Shown piece after piece: positions 32,908-43,498 of a stretch of DNA of 64,000 bases. The position numbers were made by a program, and so were the translations under genes. This DNA is from Puia sp. Its GTDB lineage: Bacteria; Bacteroidota; Bacteroidia; Chitinophagales; Chitinophagaceae. How positions within the stretch are numbered: position 1 is the stretch's first letter; every line of letters starts with the position of its first letter. The stretch is taken from contig DATJWE010000230.1 of NCBI GenBank assembly GCA_035501475.1, positions 595 to 64,594 on the forward strand. The letters are read 5' to 3'. The notes beneath the pieces were generated by a model that saw only the letters and a program-made list of their open reading frames with translations, had not been told where the DNA came from and made no database searches.

Positions 32908-34131
32908 CTAGCTTCTCAATTCTATCGGTTGTGTCGCAGCTTTGCGCGAAGGGAACCATGAAGCAAGCAACGCTACAATAAAAATTGTCGCCAGCACAAG
33001 CAAAAAATCAGTAGGAATTAATTTCACCGGATAATAATCAATAAGAAATGAATCACCCTGCAGCGGGACCAGTTTGTATTTTACCTGCATCCAGCAAACA
33101 AGAATTGCTATAAGTATTCCAGCCACACCACCAACTAAGGCCAGGAGCATTCCTTCACTTAAAAAAATCCTTTGTACATAACGGTTGTCTGCACCCAATG
33201 CTTTCAACACCTGGATATCTTTTTGCTTTTCCAAAACAAGCATCGTCAATGCTCCAACCATATTAAAAGCCGCGACAATAAGAATAAGCGTCAAAACGCA
33301 ATAGATTACCCATTTTTCCATTCGCATTACATGATACAAACTTTCATTCTGCTCATACCTGGTTTGAACAATGCAGGAAGTTCCGAACAAGTTCTGCAAG
33401 GAAGATTTGACCAGATTGGATTGCGCGGGGTTTTTCAATGCAATTTCAATTCCGGTATATTCATCAGGCTGCAGACCCAGCATTTGTTTCATGAAATCAA
33501 TATTGGTGATCACATATTTGTTGTCAAAATCCTGCTGAATCAGAAAAGTACCTGTGGCAGCGATATTTTCCGTGCTTACTGAAGCCATAGGGTCAGTCGG
33601 GTTCGATAATTCTGCTTTTTTAAACAGGTAAACGGAGATAGGAAGAAGGGTACGATCCGATTCCAGCCCCAATGCATTTTCAATCCCATTTCCTAACACG
33701 GCCCCCGGATGATCTGCAGTACCAAGATCGAATTTTCCCTTTACCAGCTTTTGTGATACGCCGGTTATTTTTTTATAGTTGCTGTCGACTCCTTTCAGCA
33801 CAACCGCCTGCAGCGACCCGTATTGCAAAAGGGCCTTATCTTCGACTACCAGCGAATACCCACGGATATCCCTATTCGCATTCAATTGTTGCAACTGGTT
33901 GCCGGATAATTTAATAAACCTCCCTTCCTTTGGCGATACTTTTAAATCGGTATAAAATGCAGAATAGAGGGATTGAACCAGGCCTTCCAATCCGTTAAAA
34001 ACACTTAGCACAATAATAAGCGATGCAGTGCCTACAATGATGGCAGCCACACTCACCCAGGAAATCACATTGATGGCATTGGTGGATTTTTTTGCTTTGA
34101 AGTATCGCCAGGCAAAGAGAAAGTTCAACAT
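32908..34131 (-). CDS. FtsX-like ABC transporter permease (LolC/E-type)
   Basis: N-terminal TM, a large periplasmic loop (MacB-PCD-like), and a C-terminal FtsX 3-TM module with LKALGA. Confidence 0.8.
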   Translation of the reverse strand: MLNFLFAWRYFKAKKSTNAINVISWVSVAAIIVGTASLIIVLSVFNGLEGLVQSLYSAFYTDLKVSPKEGRFIKLSGNQLQQLNANRDIRGYSLVVEDKALLQYGSLQAVVLKGVDSNYKKITGVSQKLVKGKFDLGTADHPGAVLGNGIENALGLESDRTLLPISVYLFKKAELSNPTDPMASVSTENIAATGTFLIQQDFDNKYVITNIDFMKQMLGLQPDEYTGIEIALKNPAQSNLVKSSLQNLFGTSCIVQTRYEQNESLYHVMRMEKWVIYCVLTLILIVAAFNMVGALTMLVLEKQKDIQVLKALGADNRYVQRIFLSEGMLLALVGGVAGILIAILVCWMQVKYKLVPLQGDSFLIDYYPVKLIPTDFLLVLATIFIVALLASWFPSRKAATQPIELRS

Positions 34132-34158
34132 CAGGATTAATGAGTAATGAATTTAATA

Positions 34159-34530
34159 TTACTTCTCCGGTGAAGATTCCCGGTTTTTTATTTCTTTAAA
34201 AAGCGTTTCCATTTTATCTACATATTCCAGGCTGTCGTCAATAAAAAAACTTAACTGGGGCATTATTCGAAGTTGGCGTTTTATGGAGCTCACCAGTTCT
34301 TTTTTAATTTCCCAGGCTCGCTCTTCAATTTTTTTCATTGTTTCTTTGCTGTCTTTCACTTTGAAAAAGCTGAGGTAAATCCTTGCTTCGGCGAGATCGG
34401 GAGTCATTTTTACAGAGGCAACAGAGACCATTCCCCCATCCATCATATTCAGTCCCAGATGCCGAAAAACGGTACTCAATTCTTCTTCCAGTAATGCAGC
34501 AACCTGTTTCTGGCGTTTTCCTTCTTGCAT
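34159..34530 (-). CDS. rbfA: Ribosome-binding factor A
   Basis: The size and the pattern VSVASVKMTPDLAEARIYLS...RIMPQLSFFIDDSLE fit RbfA. Confidence 0.8.
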   Translation of the reverse strand: MQEGKRQKQVAALLEEELSTVFRHLGLNMMDGGMVSVASVKMTPDLAEARIYLSFFKVKDSKETMKKIEERAWEIKKELVSSIKRQLRIMPQLSFFIDDSLEYVDKMETLFKEIKNRESSPEK

Positions 34531-34624
34531 AATCATTAACAATTTTCAATGTAAATTTACGGCTATTTAATTGAAGTTGACAGTTCACAGTTGACAGTTC
34601 ACTTCAATTGATAATCGGTAATAA

Positions 34625-36442
34625 ATGAAACGTTTTTCCATTATTCTTACCTATTTAAGTTCCCAGAAACGAAATATAATCCTCTATTTTATTTTTAATC
34701 TCCTATCTGTTCTGTTTTCACTTGTTTCCCTGGCCATGCTGGCTCCTTTCCTGCAACTTCTTTTCGGGAAAGAAAAGATGGTTGACAGGCAGCCTTCATT
34801 TTCATTTTCAGCCAATGGCCTGCTTAATTATATTAAATATGTATTGAGTTCGCTCATTCAAAACCACAATGAAGTATATGCGCTGGCTGCCATTTGCGTG
34901 ATCATCATTGTAGCGGTTTTCTTCAAAAATATTTTTTTATATTTTTCTTATCGTGTCCTGGCTCCCATGCGGAACCGGGTTATGACCAGGCTGAGAGCTG
35001 ACCTGTATTCAAAAATCCTTGAACTCCCGATCGGTTTTTTTACTGAGCAGCGCAAGGGAGATCTTATCAGCCGGATGAGCAATGATGCCAACGAAATCGA
35101 ATGGAGTGTGATGGCCGCACTGGAGGGATTGATCAAGGATCCCATGAATATTATTCTCATTCTCGCTTCTCTCATTTTTTTAAGTCCCGCACTATCGTTG
35201 TTTCTTTTTGTTTTGCTTCCACTCACCGGTTTCATCATCGGCAGAGTGAGCAGGTCATTGAAAAAACAATCTACCATCGCGCAGGAGCAGCAGGGAATCC
35301 TGATGTCCATACTTGATGAAACATTGGGCGGACTAAGAGTGATCAAAGCATTCAATGCAGAAAAATTATTGCAAAGCAGGTTTTTCAAAACCAATAATTA
35401 CCTGAATACAGTCCGGAATAAAATCATGTTTCGAAGGGATCTGGCATCACCGATGTCAGAATTTTTAGGCGTACTTGTATTGAGTTGCATTTTATGGTTT
35501 GGAGGAAGACTTGTACTTTCTCATCATACACTTGCTCCTGAAGCTTTCATTACTTATATTGCCCTATTCTCGCAAATCATCCCTCCTGCCAAGTCATTGT
35601 CGACTGCGTTCTATAATGTACAACGCGGCCGGGCCGCCATTGAGCGTATTGAAGGTATTCTAAATGTTCCTGTAACTGTGCAGGAACCTGCAAATCCGAA
35701 AACGCTCACCTGTTTTAAAGATAGTATCGAATTTAGAAATGTAAGATTTGCTTATGACGATGTAATAATTCTTGACAATATCAACCTCAAAATTGAAAAA
35801 GGGAAAACCATTGCGCTGGTGGGATCATCAGGCGCCGGAAAATCGACACTGGCTGATCTCATCCCCCGTTTTCATGACGTAACCGGCGGTGAACTATTAA
35901 TCGATGGGATCAATATCAAAGAATATTCACTACACTCACTGAGAAGCCAGATGAGTATTGTGACCCAGGAACCTATATTATTCAATGACACGATTGCGAA
36001 CAATATTAATCTTGGAAGTGACCAGGCAAGTCCCGAAGAAATCGAACAGGCAGCAAAAGTGGCGAATGCGCATAATTTTATAATCCAGAAAGAATCTTTG
36101 TACGAAACGAATATAGGCGACAGGGGAAGCAAACTGAGTGGTGGAGAAAGACAGAGGCTAACCATTGCGCGTGCAGTGTTGAAAAACCCGCCTATTCTTA
36201 TTCTTGATGAAGCCACTTCTTCTCTCGACACGGAAAGTGAACGTCTTGTCCAGGATGCCATCGATCACATGATGCAGAACCGCACGAGTATTGTCATTGC
36301 TCACCGGCTGAGTACTATCCGCCACGCTGATGAAATTATCGTGTTACAAAAAGGAAAAATTGTTGAAAGAGGAAACCATGAACAGTTGATCGAAAACAAC
36401 GGTTTTTATAAACGGTTAGTAGAAATGCAAGAGATAAAATAG
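34625..36442 (+). CDS. ABC exporter, fused permease/ATPase (MsbA-like)
   Basis: A six-TM domain plus an NBD with GSSGAGKST, LSGGERQRLTIARA and ILILDEATSSLD. Confidence 0.9.
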   Translation: MKRFSIILTYLSSQKRNIILYFIFNLLSVLFSLVSLAMLAPFLQLLFGKEKMVDRQPSFSFSANGLLNYIKYVLSSLIQNHNEVYALAAICVIIIVAVFFKNIFLYFSYRVLAPMRNRVMTRLRADLYSKILELPIGFFTEQRKGDLISRMSNDANEIEWSVMAALEGLIKDPMNIILILASLIFLSPALSLFLFVLLPLTGFIIGRVSRSLKKQSTIAQEQQGILMSILDETLGGLRVIKAFNAEKLLQSRFFKTNNYLNTVRNKIMFRRDLASPMSEFLGVLVLSCILWFGGRLVLSHHTLAPEAFITYIALFSQIIPPAKSLSTAFYNVQRGRAAIERIEGILNVPVTVQEPANPKTLTCFKDSIEFRNVRFAYDDVIILDNINLKIEKGKTIALVGSSGAGKSTLADLIPRFHDVTGGELLIDGINIKEYSLHSLRSQMSIVTQEPILFNDTIANNINLGSDQASPEEIEQAAKVANAHNFIIQKESLYETNIGDRGSKLSGGERQRLTIARAVLKNPPILILDEATSSLDTESERLVQDAIDHMMQNRTSIVIAHRLSTIRHADEIIVLQKGKIVERGNHEQLIENNGFYKRLVEMQEIK

Positions 36443-36512
36443 TTTCACACCTGAAAAACACCGGTCCCGAATTTCGACCCAAATATTTATTTTTATTAAA
36501 TAATCAACTCAC

Positions 36513-38627
36513 ATGAGAAAATTGTTAGTACGCAGCTGCATGCTCCTTTTGTTCATTGGCCTGATTGGTTTTTCCTATGCACAGAAAAAAGAACTTAGTT
36601 ATGATCAGATTTTTAAATCTGCTGCATCGGATATCCTTAAGCCTTTACCTACTGTTGATGGGTGGGTGGATGATGAACATTATTTAATCGTGCAAAAAGA
36701 TGAAACGGATGGAAAGATGAAAGAAATGTCTGTAGATGTAAAAACAGGCAAAGCTTCGGTTTATATAAAGCCTGAAGGAAGCGACAATACACACCAGTCC
36801 GATATCAGCAATCTACACCCGGGTGAGAAGGAAAAAAATATGACTCCTTCTCCTGATAGGAAATGGGTGGCTTTCACCAAGGATAATGATTTGTTCGCAA
36901 AAGAAGTGAGTACCGGGAAAGAAATCAGGTTTACCAATGATGGTTCGGATAATGTGTACAGCGGTTATGCGGCATGGTTATATTACGAAGAAATATTGGG
37001 AAGATCCTCCCGCTACCGTGCATTCTGGTGGAGCCCTGACAGCAAACATATTGCCTATATGCATTTCGATGAATCACAAGTGCCTGTTTTTCCCATTTAT
37101 AATTCCGAGGGACAGCATGGTTCATTGGAGAAAGAGCATTACCCAAAAGCTGGCGATAAAAACCCCGTGGTGAAAATCGGCATCACCAGTGTTGATAATC
37201 CGACAACTGTGTGGAGTGATTTCAATGAAAAAGATGATCAGTATTTCGGTATGCCGGAATGGACACCAGATGGTTCTTCTTTATGGGTGCAATGGATGCC
37301 AAGAAGCCAGGACAATTTGAAAATATATGCCGTTGATCCTGCTAACGGTAGCAAGAAAGAAATATATGACGAGAAGCAAAAAACATGGGTAGATCTCGAT
37401 CTCGAAAACAGGATCAATTTTGTTCCCGGAACAAAGCAGTTTATTATAAAGAGCGATAAAAGCGGGTGGATGCATTTGTATTTGTATAACATCGATGGAA
37501 CACTGGTGAACCCGGTCACCCAAGGAGATTTCACCGTAACCGAATTGGTTAAGATTGATGAAAAAGAGAAGCTGGTATATTTCAGGGCACGTAAAGAAAA
37601 TTCTGCCCGTTTTGATTTCTACAAAATAAATATGAACGGAAAAGGCCTGACGAGATTGAGCTTCGGCAATTATTCGCACGACGTAATAAAAATTTCTCCG
37701 AGCGGAAAATATTTTATCACAACCTATTCCAGTCTTTCTACTCCATCCAGGATGGCTCTTGTGGATAATAATGGAAAAATAATCAGAGAACTGGGCGACA
37801 GTAAAGGTTCAGCCTTCGACGACTATGAACTTTCTAAAACTGGATTGGTGTATGTAAAATCGGCCGATGGTTTATTCAATTTACCAATGACGATTACTTA
37901 TCCGCATCATTTTGATCCGTCAAAAAAATATCCTGTATTGATCAGCATTTATGGAGGCCCCAATGCCGGCACAGTATATGACCGATGGAGCAGGAATTTT
38001 TTGAACACCCAGTGGTGGTCGAAGGAAGGACTGATTCAGGTATCGATGGACAACCGCAGCAGCGGGCATTTCGGTAAAGCCGGCATGAATTATATCTACA
38101 GGCAGTTAGGGAAATATGAAATTGAAGATTATATGGATTGTGGTCGATGGCTGCGCTCGCAACCTTTTGTTGATTCTTCCAAAATATGCATTACAGGTGG
38201 CAGCTTTGGCGGGTATATTACCTGCATGGCGCTGACTTATGGAGCAGATGTATTCAATTATGGTCTTGCCAATTTTTCGGTTACTGATTGGAGTTTGTAT
38301 GATACGCATTATACCGAAAGATATATGGATATGCCACAGGAAAATCCGGACGGATACAAAATTACTTCCCCCCAAACCTATGTAAACAAATATCGCGGGT
38401 TGATCCGCATTGTCCATGGGAATATGGATGACAATGTACACATGCAAAACAGTATCCAGCTAATCAATAAGCTGGAGGATCTGGACAAAAACTTCGAATT
38501 CATGATTTATCCCGGTGGCCGGCATGGATGGGGTGGGCCAAAAGCAGTTCAGTTGCGCAATGAAAGCAATAAATTTATCTACGATAATTTGCTCAACAAG
38601 TCCATGCCAGATCAGTTTTGGAAATGA
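36513..38627 (+). CDS. S9B dipeptidyl-peptidase IV family serine peptidase
   Basis: Signal peptide, DPPIV_N propeller region, catalytic GGSFGGY, and distal D/H (HGNMDDNVH). Confidence 0.85.
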   Translation: MRKLLVRSCMLLLFIGLIGFSYAQKKELSYDQIFKSAASDILKPLPTVDGWVDDEHYLIVQKDETDGKMKEMSVDVKTGKASVYIKPEGSDNTHQSDISNLHPGEKEKNMTPSPDRKWVAFTKDNDLFAKEVSTGKEIRFTNDGSDNVYSGYAAWLYYEEILGRSSRYRAFWWSPDSKHIAYMHFDESQVPVFPIYNSEGQHGSLEKEHYPKAGDKNPVVKIGITSVDNPTTVWSDFNEKDDQYFGMPEWTPDGSSLWVQWMPRSQDNLKIYAVDPANGSKKEIYDEKQKTWVDLDLENRINFVPGTKQFIIKSDKSGWMHLYLYNIDGTLVNPVTQGDFTVTELVKIDEKEKLVYFRARKENSARFDFYKINMNGKGLTRLSFGNYSHDVIKISPSGKYFITTYSSLSTPSRMALVDNNGKIIRELGDSKGSAFDDYELSKTGLVYVKSADGLFNLPMTITYPHHFDPSKKYPVLISIYGGPNAGTVYDRWSRNFLNTQWWSKEGLIQVSMDNRSSGHFGKAGMNYIYRQLGKYEIEDYMDCGRWLRSQPFVDSSKICITGGSFGGYITCMALTYGADVFNYGLANFSVTDWSLYDTHYTERYMDMPQENPDGYKITSPQTYVNKYRGLIRIVHGNMDDNVHMQNSIQLINKLEDLDKNFEFMIYPGGRHGWGGPKAVQLRNESNKFIYDNLLNKSMPDQFWK

Positions 38628-38689
38628 TAATGAGTGAACAGGCAGGCGGCCGCGAAAAATTGAATTGGCCCCCTGTTTTCATTATTTAT

Positions 38690-39139
38690 TTAAAATTTCC
38701 TGATCAGGTAAACACCAGCGATTAATAATATTGCGCCGGCAATTCTACCTAAAGAAATTTCTTTTATTGCAACCCCGAACCATCCGAAGTGATCAAGCAA
38801 TAAGGCGATCCCCATTTGCCCGGCAAGCACCAGGCTGAAAGATAAAGCAGCTCCCAAACGTGGAAGCAAAACGACAATTCCGGCAACAAAAAATGCCCCC
38901 AGTAATCCGCCGATCCATAACCACCAGGGAGACTGTCGGAAGGGAATCTGTCCGACATGAATCTCACGAGCGATGAGCAGATAAGAGAGCAAAGCAAGGG
39001 TTCCCACCGCAAAAGAAACGAACGCGGCGACTACCGGGCTACTAACGGTCCTGGCTAACCGCGTATTAATGGCGGCCTGCACTGGAAGAATGGCGCCCAG
39101 GGCAAGTGCCATAATAATGAAAAAAAATCGGGATTGCAT
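38690..39139 (-). CDS. DMT-superfamily small membrane transporter (YdcZ/DUF606-like)
   Basis: A 149-aa, 5-TM hydrophobic protein. The assignment rests on its composition pattern only. Confidence 0.55.
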   Translation of the reverse strand: MQSRFFFIIMALALGAILPVQAAINTRLARTVSSPVVAAFVSFAVGTLALLSYLLIAREIHVGQIPFRQSPWWLWIGGLLGAFFVAGIVVLLPRLGAALSFSLVLAGQMGIALLLDHFGWFGVAIKEISLGRIAGAILLIAGVYLIRKF

Positions 39140-39252
39140 ATTGATGTTCGGTTTAAGATGTGGATTGTTTATCCGGAATCATTCATTCACGAAAAAAACA
39201 AAAAGGATTGCTGTCAGAGCAATCCTTTACGAATATACAATAGAATGAAATT

Positions 39253-40083
39253 TTATTTATTCATTGTCTGTTTGGCTTCAATGCTCAATGTAGCGTGAGG
39301 CACTGCTTTTAATCTGGCCTTGTCGATGAGTTTTCCGGTGACGCGACAGATACCATAGGTTTTGTTTTCAATACGCATCAACGCTTTTTCAAGATGATCG
39401 ATGAATGTGATCTGGCGGCTAGCCATCTGGCTAAGCTGCTCACGTTCCATGCTCATGCTGCCATCTTCCATGGTCATATAGCGGTTGTCAGTGTCATCTC
39501 CACCCATTTCATCCTTTCTCGTAATCAAACCCTGGAGGTAAGACAATTCTTTTTTTGCTGCATCCAATTTTTTCATGATCAGATCCCTGAATTCTGCAAG
39601 TTCAGCATCACTATATCTCATGGTTGGTCCGGTTTGTTCTTGTTGTAAGGTGTCTAAAACTGATTTAGTAAATTCTGGTTCATATTTACGAACCGTTTTT
39701 GTCCTGATTTCTGGTATAACAACCTTGCCTGGTTTCACATGTTGGGCGGTCTTTTTAATTTCCTGTTTGTGCAATTGCGGACCAATGGTCTTCACATCAT
39801 GCTTTTGTTCTGGCTTTTTTGTTTCAGTCTTTGAAATCAAATGTTTAACAACGCCCGTGCCGGATTTTACCACCGCGTGCTGTTTTTTAGTTGTTTCTTT
39901 TACAATAGGCTTTTTAGCGTGAACAGGTTTTTTGGCTGCCTGTCTGGCTATCTTTTTAGGCATGGCTTTTTTAGCGGACTTTATAGCCACTTTTTTGACC
40001 CCAGCTTTTTTTGCTGCAGGTTTTACCGCTTTTTTAGGAGCAGCCTTTTTAGCGGGTTTCGCCGCTTTCTTCTTGGTTGCCAT
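39253..40083 (-). CDS. DksA/TraR-family protein with a long Lys/Ala/Pro-rich histone-H1-like N-terminal extension
   Basis: The C-terminus ALMRIENKTYGICRVTGKLIDKARLKAVPHATLSIEAK is DksA/TraR-like but keeps only one of the four Cys. The N-terminus is KKKAAKPAKKAAPKKAVKPAAKKAG... The ATG at 40083 lies 4 nt after the ileS stop. Confidence 0.75.
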   Translation of the reverse strand: MATKKKAAKPAKKAAPKKAVKPAAKKAGVKKVAIKSAKKAMPKKIARQAAKKPVHAKKPIVKETTKKQHAVVKSGTGVVKHLISKTETKKPEQKHDVKTIGPQLHKQEIKKTAQHVKPGKVVIPEIRTKTVRKYEPEFTKSVLDTLQQEQTGPTMRYSDAELAEFRDLIMKKLDAAKKELSYLQGLITRKDEMGGDDTDNRYMTMEDGSMSMEREQLSQMASRQITFIDHLEKALMRIENKTYGICRVTGKLIDKARLKAVPHATLSIEAKQTMNK

Positions 40084-40087
40084 ACTG

Positions 40088-43000
40088 TTAGACTTTTTTT
40101 GTGACAAAGACTTTTAAGGGAACATCATTTACTTCAATTTCAGTGCCATTGGCAATTTCTGGCACTAATTCCAATCTATCTGCCAAAATTTCGGCGCAAA
40201 TATAGTGATTAAATTGCGTTATGGAATCCTCAAGGGCCGCAGCTTCAGCGATTTTTACCAGAATTCTGTCCGTAAGCTCATAACCGTTATCCTTACGTAT
40301 TTTCTGGATCCTGTTCACCAGTTCCCTGGCATTGCCTTCATTCTCCAATTCGGGTGTGACTTTGATATCCAGCGCTACTGTAAGTGTGGCTTTGGTTGCT
40401 ACCATCCAGCCGGGAATATCTTCGCTGCTGATCTCTACTTCATGAAGCTGTAATATTAACGGTTCATTATCAATTGTCAAAGTATAACTACCCTCTTTTT
40501 CAAGTTTGTTGATATCTGCCTGGGTGAAATCATTCAATGCTGCAGTCACTGATTTCATCCTGGAGCCTAATTTTTTACCCAATGCAACAAAATTGGGTTT
40601 GATTTTTTTCTTGATGAACCCGTCTGCATCAGTCAGGTATTCTATTTCTTTTACATTCACTTCAGTCTTGATAAGATCTTCTACTTTTCGTAACTGCTCT
40701 TTCATGAAAGGATTCAAAACCGGGATCAACACTTTTTGTAAAGGTTGGCGGACCTTGATGTTTACTTTTTTCCTGAGGGATAAAATCAGGGAGGATGCAT
40801 CCTGAGCCAGTTGCATTCTTTCTTCCAGCGCCAGGTCAACTGCAGGTTTATCAAAGGCCGGGAAAAAAGTATGATGAACAGATTCAACGTTGCTGCGTCG
40901 AGTAACTTCATTCAGGTTATTGAATAACCAGTCAGCAAAGAAAGGAGAAACGGGAGCAATCAATCCGGCAATTGTCTCCAGGCATTGGTATAAGGTCTGG
41001 TAGGCGCATAATTTATCATGACCATAATCTCCTTTCCAGAAACGTCGCCTGCAAAGACGCACGTACCAGTTACTAAGTTGTCCATCCAGAAAATCTTCGA
41101 TTAGCCGTCCGGCGATGGTTGGTTCATAATCGTCGAAGCTGTCAGTAACTTTTTTTACCAGTGTATTGAGTGAAGATAAAATCCACCGGTCTATCTCAGG
41201 ACGCTCTTGTAAAGGAATTAGTGATTCTTTAAAAGCAAATCCATCCACGTTGGCATAGAGCGCGAAAAACTGATATGTATTATATAATGTCCCAAAAAAT
41301 TTCCGTTGGACTTCTTTAATACCTTCGATATCGAATTTCATGCTTTCCCAGGGAGATGCATTTGTTATCAGGTACCATCTCGTTGCATCTGCACCGAATT
41401 TTTCGATGGTCTGAAATGGATCAACTACATTACCCAGTCGCTTGCTCATCTTATTGCCATTCTTATCCAATACCAATCCATTCGACACACAGGTTTTGTA
41501 AGCCACGCTGTTGAATAACATGGCTGCGATTGCATGCAGGGTATAAAACCATCCCCTGGTCTGATCCACTCCTTCTGCAATAAAATCGGCAGGAAAATTC
41601 TTCGCAAAAATTTCTTTATTCTCAAATGGGAAATGCCATTGCGCATAGGGCATTGCTCCTGAATCAAACCAGACATCAATCAGATCAGGGATGCGTATCA
41701 TTTTTTTACCTGATTCACTCACGAGGATAATTTCATCCACATAGGGTTTATGAAGATCCAGGTTGTTTGTTGATGAGGAATTTTTTCCGAACAATTGGTG
41801 GTTGATTTCATTCCCCAATACCTTCCTTGCTTTCTCCGCTTCGGTCAATAATTCGCTGATTGATCCGATACATTTTTCTTCGCTTTCATCTTCGGTTCTC
41901 CATATCGGAAGAGGAGTTCCCCAAAAACGACTACGGCTGAGGTTCCAGTCAACCATATTCTCCAGCCAGTTTCCAAAGCGGCCTTCGCCAGTGGATGCAG
42001 GTTTCCAATTGATCGTTTTATTCAGTTCTACCATTCGATCTTTCATGGCAGTTGTCCTGATAAACCAGGCATCCAGGGGATAATACAAAATTGGTTTGTC
42101 GGTACGCCAACAGTGCGGATAACTGTGTTCATATTTCTCAATTTTAAAGGCCCGGTTTTCTTTTTTCAATTTCACACAGATATCCACGTTCACATCGACG
42201 TATTTTGGATCGTCTTTATAATTTTTTACATAGCGATTGCTGAATTCACCGAGCCCGTCAATAAATTTGCCCTGCTTATCAACCATGATCAGAATGCCGA
42301 TATCATATTTTTTACCCACTCTAAAATCGTCTGCACCAAAAGCAGGAGCGGTGTGCACGATTCCGGTGCCGTCTTCTGTGGTTACAAAATCTCCCAATAA
42401 AATTTTAAAGGCATTCGGATTATCTGTTTTATTTGCTTCAAAGGGAAGAAGCTGCTCGTAAGAAATTCCTTCAAGATCATTTCCTTTGAATTCAGCAAGG
42501 ATTTCGAATGTTCCGATTTTATTTCCGGCTGTGTTGCTCTCAGTGATCATTATAATGCCAGGTTCCGGCAAGCCCTCGTAAGCAAAATAGGAATTGAACC
42601 TGTCTTTCGCCAGGATAACATTTATAGTTTGGTTGGTATAAGTATTTTTAGTTCTTACAAGCTGATAAGTAATATTTCCGCCAAGAGTCAGACCCAAGTT
42701 GGAGGGGAGGGTCCAGGGTGTTGTTGTCCATGCTAAAAAGAAAACCTCACCATCTTGTGCAGCATCAAATAAAAAATTTGATTTCTTATTATTGACTGCT
42801 TTAAACATTGCCACACAGCTCGTGTCCTTCACGTCTTTATAGGTCCCGGGCTGGTTCAGCTCGTGCGAGCTTAATCCTGTCCCTGCTGCCGGGGAATAGG
42901 GTTGAATGCTTACACTTTCATACAATAATCTTTCCCCGTTTACTTTTTTTTCGTAGAGCTGCTTCAACAGCCACCACAGGGTTTCAATATAGCTATTTTC

Positions 43001-43459
43001 AAATGTGATATAAGGATCATCCAGGTCGACCCAATAACCCATCTTGTTGGTCAGCTCATCCCATTTATCTTTATACCGCAACACGGCTTCACGGCATTTT
43101 TTATTATACTCATCAACCGAGATGGTTTTACCTATATCCTCTTTTGTGATACCTAATTCCTTTTCAACTCCCAGTTCCACCGGAAGACCATGAGTATCCC
43201 AGCCGCCTTTTCTTTTTACCTGGAAACCCCGCATGGTTTTATACCGGCATACCAAATCCTTTAACGTTCGGCTAATAACATGATGAATCCCGGGCATTCC
43301 ATTTGCGCTCGGCGGTCCCTCATAAAAAACAAAGGGGGCAGCGCCTTCCCTGACCTCGATGCTTTTTTTAAATGCCTGCTCAGTTTTCCATTTCTCAAGT
43401 ATGTCCGTTCCAATAGATGGCAGATTCAATTGCTGGTATTCCCGATACCTTGCTGGCAT
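40088..43459 (-). CDS. ileS: Isoleucine--tRNA ligase
   Basis: An 1123-aa class I aaRS with PPSANGMPGIHHV (HIGH) and KMSKRLGN (KMSKS). Confidence 0.97.
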   Translation of the reverse strand: MPARYREYQQLNLPSIGTDILEKWKTEQAFKKSIEVREGAAPFVFYEGPPSANGMPGIHHVISRTLKDLVCRYKTMRGFQVKRKGGWDTHGLPVELGVEKELGITKEDIGKTISVDEYNKKCREAVLRYKDKWDELTNKMGYWVDLDDPYITFENSYIETLWWLLKQLYEKKVNGERLLYESVSIQPYSPAAGTGLSSHELNQPGTYKDVKDTSCVAMFKAVNNKKSNFLFDAAQDGEVFFLAWTTTPWTLPSNLGLTLGGNITYQLVRTKNTYTNQTINVILAKDRFNSYFAYEGLPEPGIIMITESNTAGNKIGTFEILAEFKGNDLEGISYEQLLPFEANKTDNPNAFKILLGDFVTTEDGTGIVHTAPAFGADDFRVGKKYDIGILIMVDKQGKFIDGLGEFSNRYVKNYKDDPKYVDVNVDICVKLKKENRAFKIEKYEHSYPHCWRTDKPILYYPLDAWFIRTTAMKDRMVELNKTINWKPASTGEGRFGNWLENMVDWNLSRSRFWGTPLPIWRTEDESEEKCIGSISELLTEAEKARKVLGNEINHQLFGKNSSSTNNLDLHKPYVDEIILVSESGKKMIRIPDLIDVWFDSGAMPYAQWHFPFENKEIFAKNFPADFIAEGVDQTRGWFYTLHAIAAMLFNSVAYKTCVSNGLVLDKNGNKMSKRLGNVVDPFQTIEKFGADATRWYLITNASPWESMKFDIEGIKEVQRKFFGTLYNTYQFFALYANVDGFAFKESLIPLQERPEIDRWILSSLNTLVKKVTDSFDDYEPTIAGRLIEDFLDGQLSNWYVRLCRRRFWKGDYGHDKLCAYQTLYQCLETIAGLIAPVSPFFADWLFNNLNEVTRRSNVESVHHTFFPAFDKPAVDLALEERMQLAQDASSLILSLRKKVNIKVRQPLQKVLIPVLNPFMKEQLRKVEDLIKTEVNVKEIEYLTDADGFIKKKIKPNFVALGKKLGSRMKSVTAALNDFTQADINKLEKEGSYTLTIDNEPLILQLHEVEISSEDIPGWMVATKATLTVALDIKVTPELENEGNARELVNRIQKIRKDNGYELTDRILVKIAEAAALEDSITQFNHYICAEILADRLELVPEIANGTEIEVNDVPLKVFVTKKV

Positions 43460-43490
43460 AAATAATCTATAAAGGCGTGAAAAATGGGTG

Positions 43491-43498
43491 CAAAGTTA
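43491..43498 (-). promoter_or_regulatory. -7 box TAACTTTG for ileS
   Basis: TAnnTTTG on the minus strand, 31 nt from the ATG. Confidence 0.45.

Noticed and set aside
40084-40107. A DksA-like gene start at 40107 overlapping ileS by 20 nt.
   Set aside because: The in-frame ATG at 40083 (MATKKKAAK) lies 4 nt after the ileS stop and needs no overlap. The upstream codons add only MSQKKSNS.
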